Positions 50,765 through 64,000 of a stretch of DNA of 64,000 bases are shown piece by piece (within the stretch, counting starts at the first letter, position 1; the number at the start of each line of letters is the position of its first letter). The notes beneath the pieces were generated by a model that ran no database searches, was not told the origin of the DNA, and was given only the letters and a program-made list of their open reading frames with translations. This DNA is from Octopus sinensis (Eukaryota): positions 15,748,001 through 15,812,000 of the forward strand of contig NC_043003.1 of the NCBI RefSeq assembly GCF_006345805.1, read 5' to 3'. The position numbers and the translations under genes are program-made.

Positions 50765-52650
50765 GTGTTATTTTCAATTTTACGTAATTTAAACGACACT
50801 TTATTCACCGCATCCTGTATATAGTCTGTCTACAGAGTTCTTTCTGTGCACTTTTCTAATCCAGTGCTTATATCAATTTCTATAGTACATTCGACTACTG
50901 TCTGTAGCAGAATCGTTTCCTATATAAAAAAAAAATGTTCGACTGTCCTTTCATGACATTTGTATCTGAGTTCAGTCTGCATTGACATTTTGGTTAAATG
51001 TGAATACGCCAGGCAAAACATAGTATACAAGAGTTCCCTTGCAGTATTCTTTTTCTCACGGAGATAACGCTTAGTTTTTATTATTCATCTGTTTTTGGCA
51101 TCTTTAGAATTGCTTATCATTTATAAATCATGGTATTGCTGCTGCCTTGCCCGTCGTTATCGTTTCGTTATTCTTGCATGATGTACATTGTTAAACCTCC
51201 TAGTTGTCAATTCAATTCATTCTGGCGCCATTCGTTCTGTTTTTACATGTTTTAGTTAAGGCATTGTTGATCAGTTATTGATCTTCACAGCTATATGAAC
51301 ATTTTCGTCACTTATTCTGAACTTTTGTATACAGGTTTTGAGTTTCAAGGAAGTTTATTATTTGTAAGTCAGCGAGCTAGCAGAAGCGATATCACGCCAG
51401 GCAAAATACTTAGCGGTATTATCTCCGGATCTTTACATTCTTGAGTTCAAATTGCACCAAATTTCGAAGTCGAAAAAATAAACTATTGGACGTTTTGAAA
51501 TTAGAAACAGAAAAATAATTGAATTTAAAGTTTTTTAAGCTGAAGGAAGACAAAAACATGGGTTTGTAATTTTTAACGTTTCTTTATAAAGCCATCAAAT
51601 TTGTAGGAGAGACCGCGTTGATTACATCGATCCCAGCACTCAATTCGAAAGAAGGAAAGACAATGTCGACCTCGGCAGAATTTGAATTTGTATTCGCATA
51701 GATGCGCGGTGTTGTTGTCTTCACTGAGGTTGTCACACCACCCGCATTATAGTACACGCTCAACCACTGTGGAAAATAGGGAGACTGTAATAACATCCTT
51801 ATGAATATCAGGCATGAATATATACTAATAGCAGTAACGAACTTTGCATAAATTGCGTTGAGTAAAGACGAAAATTTTAAAGGTTAAGAGATCTCGAAAG
51901 GTTTTAGTCATTGCTTCACGTCTTTACCACACTTGAACTAATACAGGCTCTTACTGTGCTTAATCCCTGGGGAAATTTTATTGAATTTGAACCTGAGAAC
52001 GATCGTTTGGAATTTCTGAGTTATTTGCTACCAAGAAAACCTGCATGGACAAATTGTTTCAAGTAGTAATGCCAGGAGCGATGACAATTATGCCAGAAAC
52101 ACGGTTCATTAATCAATTTTCTATTGAAAAATAGAGCTTTGTGCAAAGAAATGGTATTACAATACTACAAAGACATTGTTTAATCATGGAATAATGAAGA
52201 CGTTCACGTTGGCAGTTTAGTTGTGGTACAAAGGTCATTATTGACGGAAGATGTACCAATAATTGTTCCAAAAAGCGTGGTTTTTGGCCATTTTCCGTTG
52301 ACAAATAGGGTTTTGTGCATCACAAATGCACACATAATACTCCTTGTACATTGCTGCATTTGTTGACACCGAAAACATTAAAACTGGCAACGTAGATTAG
52401 AAGCAAATTCAAATATCCCCCGAAAATTATCTCAAAATTGTGCGACCTGACCTCGTTTCAAGGTTATTTTTGTCGTAAAAAAAGGGTTGTGAAAAAAACA
52501 TACTTCATTTCGTAGCCGAAAGATTACTGAACATTTTGATACGTCATACATTAAAACTGGCAACTCAGTTTTCGAATCCATAAGGAACATAAGCACCACA
52601 CACAGACACATTTTCAGTCCTTGTTTCTTTCCTTGTTTCTTTCTCTGTTC

Positions 52651-52686
52651 CTTTCTGTGGAAGAGCGTAGGCTCGAAACATTAAAG
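52651..52686 (+). ncRNA. Minimal hammerhead-like motif, CUGUGGA core variant
   Basis: Same family as 14833; stem II gagc/gctc, GAAA. Confidence 0.45.
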
Positions 52687-52777
52687 ACTTTTTCAACTCC
52701 CGAGGGTTATACTAATACATCTGTTTGTTTTCTATACCACCTTTCTTCGTCATTCGTTTTTTTTGTGAATTATCCCT

Positions 52778-52865
<88 letters not shown>

Positions 52866-53390
52866 GTGTATATACATTTATTCCACTATTAAATATTCTA
52901 CTTCGTATATTCTATTTCACTGCATACATGCATCGTTTGCTTTAAGCTGAAAAAGAAAAGTGGAGTTACCGACTGAAAATTCAGAAGGCCCCGGTGTGTT
53001 AGTGTCTCCTCGTGCCTATACACAAAATATTGTTCTTCAGAAATGCTTGCGGTGAACGTGAATAATAATGCTTTTCATATATATTTGTAGTTTTTGCACA
53101 GAATATTTCATATATGTTGCAAATGTACAGCCTTTGCATAAACCAAACCGTCTGCCCCTTGAGAGAATTTATGCGACATGTTCGTAAGATCATGTACCCA
53201 AGTGTAAATATGCATAGGCTTTAGTAGTTTTGAATAACGATACATATACAACATTTGTGAAATTTTGCAGGCCATTTATTGTAGAAAATTGCACAAAGAA
53301 GATTAGCGTGTGACTCTACAACTACAACATATCGTACATATTATAAGTAATCAAACCTGTAAAATATTTGGGAAATAAAAATAATTTTAT

Positions 53391-54110
53391 TAATAAATCT
53401 CTGAACGAGATATAAACAGTAACCGCTCGACAACGTAAGGTGTACTAGCCATCTGAATGTGGCTAGCCACTGGGGGTGGGGTGTTACTGATGCTTTTAGC
53501 CCCAGGCGATCAACGTCACCAGATGGACTTTAGACACAAAATTTCAGTGCCCTTGTGTTATTTGCAAAGGGAGGTCATCCTCCCTCGAAAACCTAAGTGC
53601 TACATACGGACTATAGTTTCAAGGTAATTGCCTCTCGTCAACGCATGGTAAACACCGGTTTTCGATGAAGGCGACCACTTGCAAATAATAATATTTAACG
53701 TTTTTCACAGCAACCACTGTCACTGATTTAGAAAAACTGTCTGAAAGCATTAATAAATCTCTGAACGAGATATAAACAGTAACCGCTCGACAACGTACGG
53801 TGTACTAGCCATCTGAATGTGGCTAGCCACTGGGGGTGGGGTGTTACTGATGCTTTTAGCCCCAGGCGATCAACGTCACCAGATGGACTTTAGACACAAA
53901 ATTTCAGTGTCCTTGTGTTATTTGCAAAGGGAGGTCATCCTCCCTCGAAAACCTAAGTGCTACATACGGACTATAGTTTCAAGGTAATTGCCTCTCGTCA
54001 ACGCATGGTAAACACCGGTTTTCGATGAAGGAGACCCCTTGCAAATAATAATATTTAACGTTTTTCACAGCAACCACTGTCACTGATTTAGAAAAACTGT
54101 CTGAAAGCAT
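53391..54110. repeat. Tandem duplication, 2 x 360 bp
   Basis: Copies start at 53391 and 53751; four substitutions seen. Confidence 0.95.
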
Positions 54111-54145
54111 ATTTTCCTGTTATTTTGGCATTTCTTATCTCTGTA

Positions 54146-54917
54146 TTGTCCACAAGGGGGTAAACATAGAGCGGACAAACAAGGACACACAAAGGGATTA
54201 AGTCGATTACCACGACCCCAGTGCGCAACTGGTACTTAATTTATCGACCTCGAAAGGATGGAAAAGCAAAGCCGACCTCGGCGGAATTTGAACTCAGAAC
54301 GTAACGGCAAATGAAATACTTATTTCTTTACTACCCACAAGGGGCTAAGCACAGAGGGAGCAAACAAGGACAGACAAACGGATTAAGTCGATTATATCGA
54401 CCCCAGTGCGTAACTGGTACTTATTTAATCGATCCCGAAAGGATGAAAGCAAAGTCGACCTCGGCGGAATTTGAACTCAGAACGTACGACAGACGAAATA
54501 CCTATTTCATTACTACCCACAAGGGGCTAAACACAGAGGGGACAAACAAGGACAGACAAACGGATTAAGTCGATTACATCGACCCCAGTGCGTAACTGGT
54601 ACTTATTTAATCGATCCCGAAAGGATGAAAGGCAAAGTCGACCTCGGCGGAATTTGAACTCAGAACGTACGACAGACGAAATACCTATTTCATTACTACC
54701 CACAAGGGGCTAAACACAGAGGGGACAAACAAGGACAGACAAACGGATTAAGTCGATTACATCGACCCCAGTGCGTAACTGGTACTTATTTAATCGATCC
54801 CGAAAGGATAAAAAGCAAAGCCGACCTCGGCGGAATTTGAACTCAGAACATAACGGCAAACGAAATACCGCAAAGCATTTCGCCCGGCGTGCTAACATTT
54901 CTGCCAGCTCGCCGCCT
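54146..54917 (-). mobile_element. SINE family B tetramer (one head plus three headless ~183-bp units)
   Basis: Units at 54150, 54335, 54517 and 54700. Probable TSD ggcatttct at 54127-35 and 54921-29. Confidence 0.9.
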
Positions 54918-56046
54918 TTGGGCATTTCTGCTTACGTCTTCATACTGTTATTACCAACTTTCATCATGTAAATTTTTCAACAGCGCCTCCTATTCACAAA
55001 ACCCGAATAGTCTTACATACAAGCCAAGTTATTGTATTTATCACAAAGTTTAGTAAAACACTCGCCGTCATTCTTGTCTGTTCGGATACTCCAGTATATT
55101 TACAGAGTATCCATACTAAAAGACATTGTCTATTATATTTTGTCTGGTTCTAAGTTTCTGTTAATTAACGTACTTAGAACAAATAAATTCAGCCGAAAGT
55201 AAAAGGAGGTTAACTGAAGGGTTAAAGAAACCGATATAAAATATCGTAACTCGTCTTCGGTGTATTTCTATACCTGACGGTGTTTCCATTTGTCAGGATG
55301 TATTCACTAATCTTGCTTCTATTATTTATAACGTATGCTGTATGGTATCATTCTGACAAGATGAGTCAAACTTTGTTTAGTCTCAGGTTCACATATTGAA
55401 CATGCTTTTATATTTGTTGGAAATATGAGACGGTTGTCAGGCTTCCTAATTTAATAAAACAACATTTAACTTACTTAACGTTACGCCATAATATCGGATG
55501 CAATGAATAACAACATCGCTGGCATTAAAGACTTCACATTCAACTCCATGATTCAAAGCGAACACTTGCAATACACGCATAGAAAAAGTGAATAAACCAG
55601 AGAGAAAAGAGAGAGAGAGAGAGGAGAGAGAGATACAGAGAGAATGCGCGTAGGGGAGACAAAAGAAAGGCAGATATTTGAACTACCTTGCTTATACAAA
55701 AAGTTATGAATGAGGCTTTATGTTTCTAAAATTCAATTATTAATACACTTACCTAACTTATTTCCGTATACATAGACATTCTCGAGAAATCCTTCTTCAT
55801 ACGCTCGCCTGTTCACACACTCCTGTCTATCTACTTCTATCTATTTATCTCTCTTTGCCTATTTGTCTGTTTGTCTGTCTCCATGTCCGTTCCCCTTTCT
55901 CTTTCTCTCTCTCACTCCTCTCTGTATATTCTATACTCACACACGCACACTCAATTACATATAGTATATATATGTATATAATATATACACAGATGGGGAG
56001 AGAAAGAGCAAGTGGAAGAACAAGAGAGGTATATATACATATATCA

Positions 56047-56390
56047 CTTTTACTCTTTTACTTGTTTCAGTCATTTGACTGTGGCCATGCTGGAGCACCG
56101 CCTTTAGTCGAGCAAATCGACCCCAGGACTTATCTTTTTTGCCGAACCGCTAGGTTACGGGGACGTAAACACAGCAGCATCAGTTTTCAAACGATATTGG
56201 GGGGGGGGGGGACAAACATATACACACACATACATATATACGACGGGCTTCTTCCAGTTTCCGTCTACCAAATCCACTCACATGGCTTTGGTGGCCAGAG
56301 ATTTTAGTAGAAGACACTTGTCCAAGGTACTGAAGCCGGAACTATGTGATTCGTAAGCAAGCTACTTACCACACAGCCACTCCTACGCCT
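56047..56390 (-). mobile_element. SINE family A
   Basis: Family match. Confidence 0.85.
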
Positions 56391-56399
56391 ATATATATA

Positions 56400-56445
<46 letters not shown>

Positions 56446-56455
56446 TATTTACATA

Positions 56456-56665
56456 CAGGTTTGGCCAAATGTCACCTATAATACCAAAACTAAAACAAAC
56501 AATTATATATGAAACTTCGGTAATAAACAAACAAATGTTGAAAAAAAACTGATTTAACTCACAGCTTTCAATTATTAAACATTCATAACTGGGATAAATA
56601 AATTTAAACTGATTAAGTATTTATGTAATTTTGATTTACTGTCAGGTGACTTTTGGCCAAGTCTA
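56456..56665. mobile_element. Degenerate Tc1/mariner-type MITE
   Basis: caggttttggccaaatgtcacct / aggtgacttttggccaagtct, TA flanks. Confidence 0.6.
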
Positions 56666-56675
56666 TATATATATT

Positions 56676-56905
56676 TATAGTTTAGGATAATCAATAAGCT
56701 GTCATAGTAGTACTCAGAGTTTCAAATGCCGGAGCTAATAGCGAAGAAGCATTCTCATCGGCTATTAATGGAGGGAAATTTTAAAGCAAGTTTCAATAAT
56801 CACACCTTAAGCTTCAGACACTGGAATAATGCATCGTAGCTCTTAGATCCGGCATTTGAAACTCTGAGTACTATTATGACAACTCACTGATTATCCTAAA
56901 CTATA
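56676..56905. repeat. Fold-back inverted repeat (~75-bp arms)
   Basis: tatagtttaggataatca...gtactcagagtttcaaatgccgga mirrored at ~56845-56905. Confidence 0.85.
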
Positions 56906-57023
56906 CATATCTAAATATTCCTCTATTTACCTAATATTGAGGTCTCATTCTTCTGTTGTGACTTTTTTATTATTATTAAGTTAGGCAAGGTCTGGACCAA
57001 TCTTTGGTCGAAACATATCTAAG

Positions 57024-57076
<53 letters not shown>

Positions 57077-57167
57077 GTGTATACATAGAGAGAGAGAGAG
57101 GGGAGAGAAAGAGAGAGAAGTATATATATACATATATATATATAGTGAGAGAGAGAAAGAGAGATTG

Positions 57168-57410
57168 CATGTCCTAGTGGTTAGGTTGTTGAATTCACGA
57201 TCGCGAGATTGTTGCTTCAATACCTGGGCAGGAAGCTGCGCAGTGTTCTCGAACAAAACGTTTCATCTCATGTTGCTCTGCAATTGTTTCGGCACCTGAC
57301 GTGTGGTACGCCATGTATCTGCCCGGACAACGTCGGTTTCATGGAGGGAGGGAGATGATGCACAACACATACGTTTGACGCCTATCAACAAATCATTAGC
57401 GCAGCTTATT
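57168..57410 (+). mobile_element. Degenerate tRNA SINE related to family C
   Basis: ctagtggttagg head, tgttctcgaacaaaacgtttcatctcatgttgctc core. Confidence 0.5.
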
Positions 57411-58587
57411 CAGCCAGAAATTACAAACCCGTCTTTCTCGGACTACGCGAGACTGCATTATATACATATATAAGTCTGATGAAGTGCCACTCGAATATTT
57501 AAAGTCGCAAAACATGTAAATTTTCACAACGAATTATTGCGTAAACTGGCGTTGCAAACCGGCTTAGTACAGAAACAATTTTAATGCATCATTAAAGATA
57601 TGTTAAAAAATTTATTGTCTTTTTCTTCTCATTTATACATATATATATATAATATAAATAATATATGAATATATGCATATATACATACATATATGTACAT
57701 ACCTACATATATATGTATATATACATGCATATGTGGGTACAGGACATCAAAAAACGTTGAACACAATGAGAAACGAAAACATAAAAACAAAAACATAGAA
57801 AACGAACGTTTTTTGAACGACGAAAGAAACAAACAGAGAAACAAGACATGCAACATGAAGAATATTCCCCTTCATCAGTTGTCTCTGTTTCATCTACTCC
57901 GCGTTACGAAGGTAAGGATAATACGCGACTTCCTTGAAACATTCCTTCCCGCAAAGCAAATTAAATAAAATTTGGGATTTTTTGCGGAGGGTGAAAGTGA
58001 TCACAAGAGCAGGACAGTGAGAACAAGACATTAAAAATAAACGATGAGGGCTATTAGTCCATGACGATAGAAAAATTATTATGAACGCTAGGAGGACGAG
58101 CTATGAGAGGAGACAGGTATAAGCACGTATTGTCTTTAGGAAGGAAATGAATAAAGAGGCAACTTTCATAAATAAATATCATCAAGAACTTAACATCAGT
58201 ACATAGCATAATACAGAACACTACAAACCTCACCAATAATACCACTAACACCCATACATCCCCTACATCATTCATATTACAGTATTATATCTACCCTAAT
58301 TGGACCACGTCCAGAACTACTTGCCCACCTTACACATAATCTTTTAAATTCTGAAACTAATAGATCCGACGCCGTTTGAAAATCGGTGCTCATTCAAAGC
58401 CAGTGAACAGAGTTTGACGATACCGGTATGACTTTGAATCTCTTTAACAATTCAATATAATGATTTTTATTCCTTTTAATTCTACCTCAGTTCTTCTAAT
58501 TGTATATATTTATCGTTACTTTTCATTAAAAAAGGCCTTTACTTTTTTGATATCCAATGTGCATTTTCGCTTTTTTTCTTCTTATTT

Positions 58588-58622
<35 letters not shown>

Positions 58623-59119
58623 GTATACGATATAGTGTATATTTAAATACATAAGGAATCCACTTGTAGGGAATTCAACACGCTAGAAAGAACAGCTAGG
58701 TTCTGTAAACCACAAAAATAACGGATAAAATTCGACAGGAATAAATTTGGAAATGAAAAACATTTACCATCTAGTCCCTAGACCAATTGGTTTCTGATTA
58801 TTTTTTAGGGAGTCAAGGAGAACTCACAAGATCTGATTTTCTTCAGCAAGGTCCAACCTAGGGTTGTACATATCCAACACGAGACAAACGAGGCTACTTA
58901 TCTCATGTTTATACGAACTAACTATTCAAATTTTTCTGCGCAGACGCAGTCCTTCGCTGGCTACAATCAGAAACCGCCAACTTTTAACCGAAAATTATCC
59001 AAAAACTTACAGTATTTAATCATGTCAAAGGGAAATGGAATTTAATTAAAATTAAAACATTCAATCAAAATTTACATTTCCAGTGGTCTAACGTGCAAAC
59101 AAAAAGAAAAAAACAAAAC

Positions 59120-59168
59120 AAAACAAATGTATATGTATATATCCATTTATATATATGTATATATGTAT

Positions 59169-59210
<42 letters not shown>

Positions 59211-59399
59211 TACTATATATATTGGATATAAACATATATATACATATATATTGATATAAACATATATATTACATTATATATGGATATATACATATATATA
59301 CATATATATATGGATATATACATACATATATATATATATATGGATTTATACATACATATATATATATGTATGTGTATATATATACATATATATATATAT

Positions 59400-59438
<39 letters not shown>

Positions 59439-59828
59439 GCTTCAGATAATTTGGAAATATGTAAATATACTCGTACACAGACATGAATATAAGCGAATAT
59501 TTGCATGTGTCTGAAGCAAACACATACGCAATAACATATTATTATGTAACATAAGGATGCATGGATACTTGTTTCGCTTTTTCACAGTTACATTCTCATG
59601 CAGAATTTAATACCATATCTGAATACAGGTAGGCACAAACACACACATTCACAATTTCATGTATACACTTATGAGGACGTATAAAAGAAAGATTTATAAA
59701 TACATATAAATGTAGAAATGTATAAAAAGCATATCGAAATGTACATGGCAATAAACCAATCAATGAATCGATCTCTTCAGTTATGTAATATATGTGTGTA
59801 TATACATATATACATATATATATGCATA

Positions 59829-59874
<46 letters not shown>

Positions 59875-60009
59875 CATACATACATACATATGCATATTAT
59901 GTATTATATATATATATGCTATATATAATATATGTATATATATATATATATATATGCATATATATGTATATATATAATATATATATATATACATATATAC
60001 ATACATACA

Positions 60010-60045
<36 letters not shown>

Positions 60046-60070
60046 TATATAATATATATATATATACATA
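59120..60070. repeat. Extended (TA)/(TACA)/(CA) microsatellite mosaic
   Basis: Direct reading. Confidence 0.85.
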
Positions 60071-60080
60071 TAAAAGAGAA

Positions 60081-60199
60081 GGCTTGTAAGTGGACTAGAA
60101 GAAGATCCGCTATGGTTTTCCCAACTAAGAAAGGAATGTTCTCAAGAAAAGTTAGCAAACGGATCTTCTTCTAGCATAATGGCTGTCCACTTACAGGCC
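60081..60199. repeat. Small fold-back inverted repeat
   Basis: ggcttgtaagtggac+tagaagaagatccg mirrored by cggatcttcttcta ... gtccacttacaggcc. Confidence 0.8.
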
Positions 60200-61116
60200 A
60201 TCCCACTTATATGTATGTAATATAATTTTTTCTGAAATTTCAGATTTTTAAATATGCTATTAATCAAATTAAAATTCAATTTTTCACCCTTATTATTTTA
60301 AATTTAAATGACATATATACATACATACATACATATATATTATATATATATATATACATATATAAATGCATACATATATGTGTGTGTGTGTGTATTGTAT
60401 ATCTATGTTAATTTTCTCTCTCTCTCTCTCTCTCTCTCCTCTCTGTATATATATATATAAATTTTAATTGATATATGATATATATATTATATATATATAT
60501 AGCTATACATATATAGGCATTTCTACAAATGCATATATTTAAATATTTAATATATAAGCTCCCTGGAATTTCCAGGTGTACACGAATACTGCTTATGTAT
60601 AGCGATGTGGGTTTTAAATATCTTTGCAAGTTTATAAACACATCCACACACACACACACATGTACATACATACATACACACATACATACACACACACACC
60701 ACACACACACACACATACATACATACATACATACATACATACATACATACATACATACATACATACATCATGTATGTATTTATGTATGGATGGATTTATG
60801 GCTGTATGTATATGCATAACTCCACACTCACACGCACAAATATCTATGTAGATATACGCATACATACAAACACACATGGAAAGAAAGTCTTTAAACATAT
60901 ATATATAAATGTGTCACGAAAGTTCATAACACCAAAACTGCGTGTATGCGTTGGTGTACTTTGTACGCGTGACTCAAAGATTCTTATGCGTTTTCTTCAC
61001 GCAAAGCAAATTTGCACACGTCCCACCCACCCTGACACCACACACCCATAGCTTATATAAACCACACATTTACAAATTCATTCAGTACAATATAAATCTA
61101 GCCTTCTATCTATCTA

Positions 61117-61182
<66 letters not shown>

Positions 61183-61262
61183 TTAGCTGTATATACATAT
61201 ATATATATAATGTATGTATGTATGTATGTATGTATGTATGCACGTGTGCATGTATTTATGCA

Positions 61263-61270
61263 TAGATAGG

Positions 61271-61307
<37 letters not shown>

Positions 61308-61309
61308 GC

Positions 61310-61388
<79 letters not shown>

Positions 61389-61410
61389 GATAGATTGATA
61401 GACAGATAGA
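61263..61410. repeat. (GATA)n microsatellite
   Basis: Direct reading. Confidence 0.95.
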
Positions 61411-62289
61411 CGAAGTTTTGTGTGTATATGTATGTATATGTATATATTTACAAATACTTGTATGCTTGCATTGAAAACTACTCTGCTATTGTTTGGAATT
61501 ATGTATGGTACGTAAATAATTAAATGTTAGCTGACAGATAGAAAATCAACATTTTGTATGAATAACATGCAAGCATATTTCATTCATCGAAACACACAAC
61601 GACATTTTATACACATAGAAATACACAAATACATTTATGAACATGGAAACACGCACAAACTTTTACACAGAAAATTTCCCACGTATATTTACACACGAAA
61701 GCATGCATATATTCAGTGGAGCATCTATATGAATGTTAAGATGTAATTTAAGTGCAAACTAAAAGTCATCGAGAATAAATCCTATTATATTTCAGTCATT
61801 TGTCTTCTTGGTGTATTTTTCTACATCACATTATGAACGGATGGCATCACGTACGCGGTACACGTATCCAGATTTGTGACTCACTGAAAATTAGCGGTAT
61901 TATAACCAAAAGTTTTAAACAAGTATTAAACTCATTGTTATCGCGATTACCATTTTTTTTTTCTATAGTTGCCATTTTAAAACAGACATACTTATTTGTT
62001 AATCACCGAAACAAACGCCATGACAGTGGATATATTTTTCTTTAGCAATACTAATGTCAACGATATAATACCCAGTTGTTACTATTGCTATATGCCCGGG
62101 CAGAACAATGTTCAACAAAGTCACATCTCTGATTAATGTAATTTTTTTTCTCATACGAAACGTATATAGAACTTCATTACCTACGGCTCCTCTCCTATTT
62201 TAAGTTGTTAGGGTGATAGAAAAACAAATTATGGATATCATTGTCTTTGATAAGATCAAGAATGAAGTGGTCCACCGGCTTTCTGGTCT

Positions 62290-62450
62290 GCTTCTTGTGG
62301 TGGAAATCCTCGTTGATAGAAATGTACGCTGGTTTGGAACACGTACAGAGGATGGACAATAGCAGACTCGCAAGACAAATCGTTTTACTCCCTACAATGC
62401 AAGGGGAGAAAGAAACCACAGATTCAAACATACTGCGAAAAGGAACATGA
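62290..62450 (+). mobile_element. LINE (RTE-like) post-RT fragment
   Basis: RWFG|HVQRMDNSRLARQI (frameshifted) resembles LRWFGHVxRMxxxRxxK. Confidence 0.5.
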
Positions 62451-62701
62451 AGTGGAGAGGGATCGATCGTGAAGAAAGCTAATCAAGTTATGCCAAAAAC
62501 CAGGAACCGTCATAGTCAGGACAACTGACTTCAAATAATAGGTTGACAGAAATAAATGCCCCATCTGCTAGAAATGAAAGCCCCACATCTGTCAGTTGTT
62601 GAGCTTTATTTCTATTAGGTCAAGCGATCGTGTAGAAGTTTCTTCGTTTGCTCATGTCGTTACCTGAAAAAAGACCGTGATAATCACGAAAATCCAAATT
62701 T

Positions 62702-62929
62702 CTCTTTTACTCTTTTACTTGTTTCAGTCATGTGACTGTGGCCATACTGAAGCACCACCTTCAGTCGAGCAAATCGACCCCAGGGCTTATTCTTTGTAAG
62801 CCTAGTACTTATTCTATCGGTCTCTTTTTGCCGAACCGCTAGGTTAAGTGGACGTAAACACACTAGCATCTGTTGTCAAGCGATGTTGGGGGGACAAACA
62901 CAGACACACAAGCGTATACACACACATAC

Positions 62930-62960
<31 letters not shown>

Positions 62961-63131
62961 CATATATACGACGGGTTTCTTTCAGTTTCCGTCTACCAAA
63001 TCCACTCACAAGGCTTTGGTCGGCCCGAGGCTATAGTAGAAGACACTTGACCAAGGTGCCATGCAGGGGGACTGAACCCAGAACTATGTGGTTGGTAAGC
63101 AAGATACTTACCACACGGCCACTCCTATACC
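62702..63131 (-). mobile_element. SINE family A, full length
   Basis: Family match. Confidence 0.85.
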
Positions 63132-63907
63132 TACATATTTTTATAGTGAAAATCACAGGACATATTTTAAAATCATAAAACGTTAAGACAAAAAAAAACC
63201 GCTACAAAATCAAGCAATGGATTCGTTCCATCACAGTTCATACTTGTAACAATACCAGATTACTGACCAGCTGAACACCTGATAGGTCCCGAGTTCGCGC
63301 CACCATGTAGTAAAGTAACACAGAGAAATTAACCCGCGTTTTTACGCTTTATATGATGTATACACAACGTATAAAAACCGGTTACGGTTTCTGCGTTCCA
63401 TGTATATACGTGTGTGTATATATATAGGTCAGATGTATATGTTTTGTGTGCGCGTGTGTGTATGCATTAGTGTGCACGAACGTCCATGTGTGCGTTTCTT
63501 TTAGTGACAATGTACAAAGGTTTTAATGTGGTAGTTATATAAAAAATAGAGAGAGAGATAATTCTGAATATGGTCGTGTGAATAAAATATGTTACTCCGC
63601 GGAATATCTTTGTTATACATAAAAGTGCCAAAAATTTATCGATGCATATCTATACGTATATATACCGAATTTTCTATACATTTCCTTGGCTTCCTTGGTG
63701 CATAAAGGTGATAAACATCACAACCATACAATACATTTTCACTCTAATATCTTAATATATTTATGAATTTAATCGCATTCAGTTACACAGACACACACAA
63801 TTATATATGCACATCCTCTCTCCCTCTTTCTTTCATTCTTTCTTCCATTCTTTCTTTCTCTTTCTTTCAATCTCTTTCCTTCTATCTCTATTATACGTTT
63901 GTATATA

Positions 63908-63967
<60 letters not shown>

Positions 63968-64000
63968 CATATGATATATACATATGATATATACATATAT

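Noticed and set aside
53000-53330. Cys-containing minus-strand stretch (FGLCKGCTFATY) suggesting a piggyBac C-terminal domain
   Set aside because: Many stops, no TTAA-flanked TIRs and no DDD region.
54146-54917. Regular ~183-bp periodicity resembling a CRISPR array
   Set aside because: Whole units repeat with no unique spacers; they are SINE copies in a eukaryotic context.
57472-57533. CUGAUGA...acatgt-a hammerhead-like motif
   Set aside because: G12 is lost and the stems are weak.
57860-57900. Minus-strand ctgatgaagggg motif (related sequence at ~15060-15100)
   Set aside because: No GAAA or stem III downstream in the required order.

Overview
AT-rich, microsatellite-dense eukaryotic DNA, most likely octopus. 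This is an inference from the tRNA-derived SINE families, which resemble the OK/OR1/OR2-type octopus SINEs. No intact host gene is evident: almost all long ORFs in the track are (TA)n, (TACA)n, (TAG)n or (GAT)n artefacts. The window is a mosaic of mobile-element remnants: four or more tRNA-SINE families, non-autonomous Helitrons and one Helentron-type HINE, and Tc1 (DD34E), rosa-like (DD41D) and mariner relics. It also holds RTE LINE fragments, restriction-like-endonuclease non-LTR 3' ends (R4/Dong-like in (TAA)n, CRE-like, HERO/NeSL-like) and a Penelope-like GIY-YIG relic. The main unexplained signal is non-coding: about 13 type I hammerhead ribozyme motifs on both strands, from several distinct repeat families. 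Several have a complete core and stems (2472-2554, 22141-22220, 23173-23249, 50168-50200). One family carries a compensatory U3:A8 core (44079-44122, 47069-47110). One motif sits inside a tRNA-headed element (50492-50764). One pair lies in a ~520-bp terminally redundant unit mirrored as a ~1.5-kb palindrome (~21945-23470), which may be a long-read artefact. A few weak, phase-compatible plus-strand exon candidates (best 32935-33031) suggest the window could be intronic. All alignments, translations and folds were done by eye.
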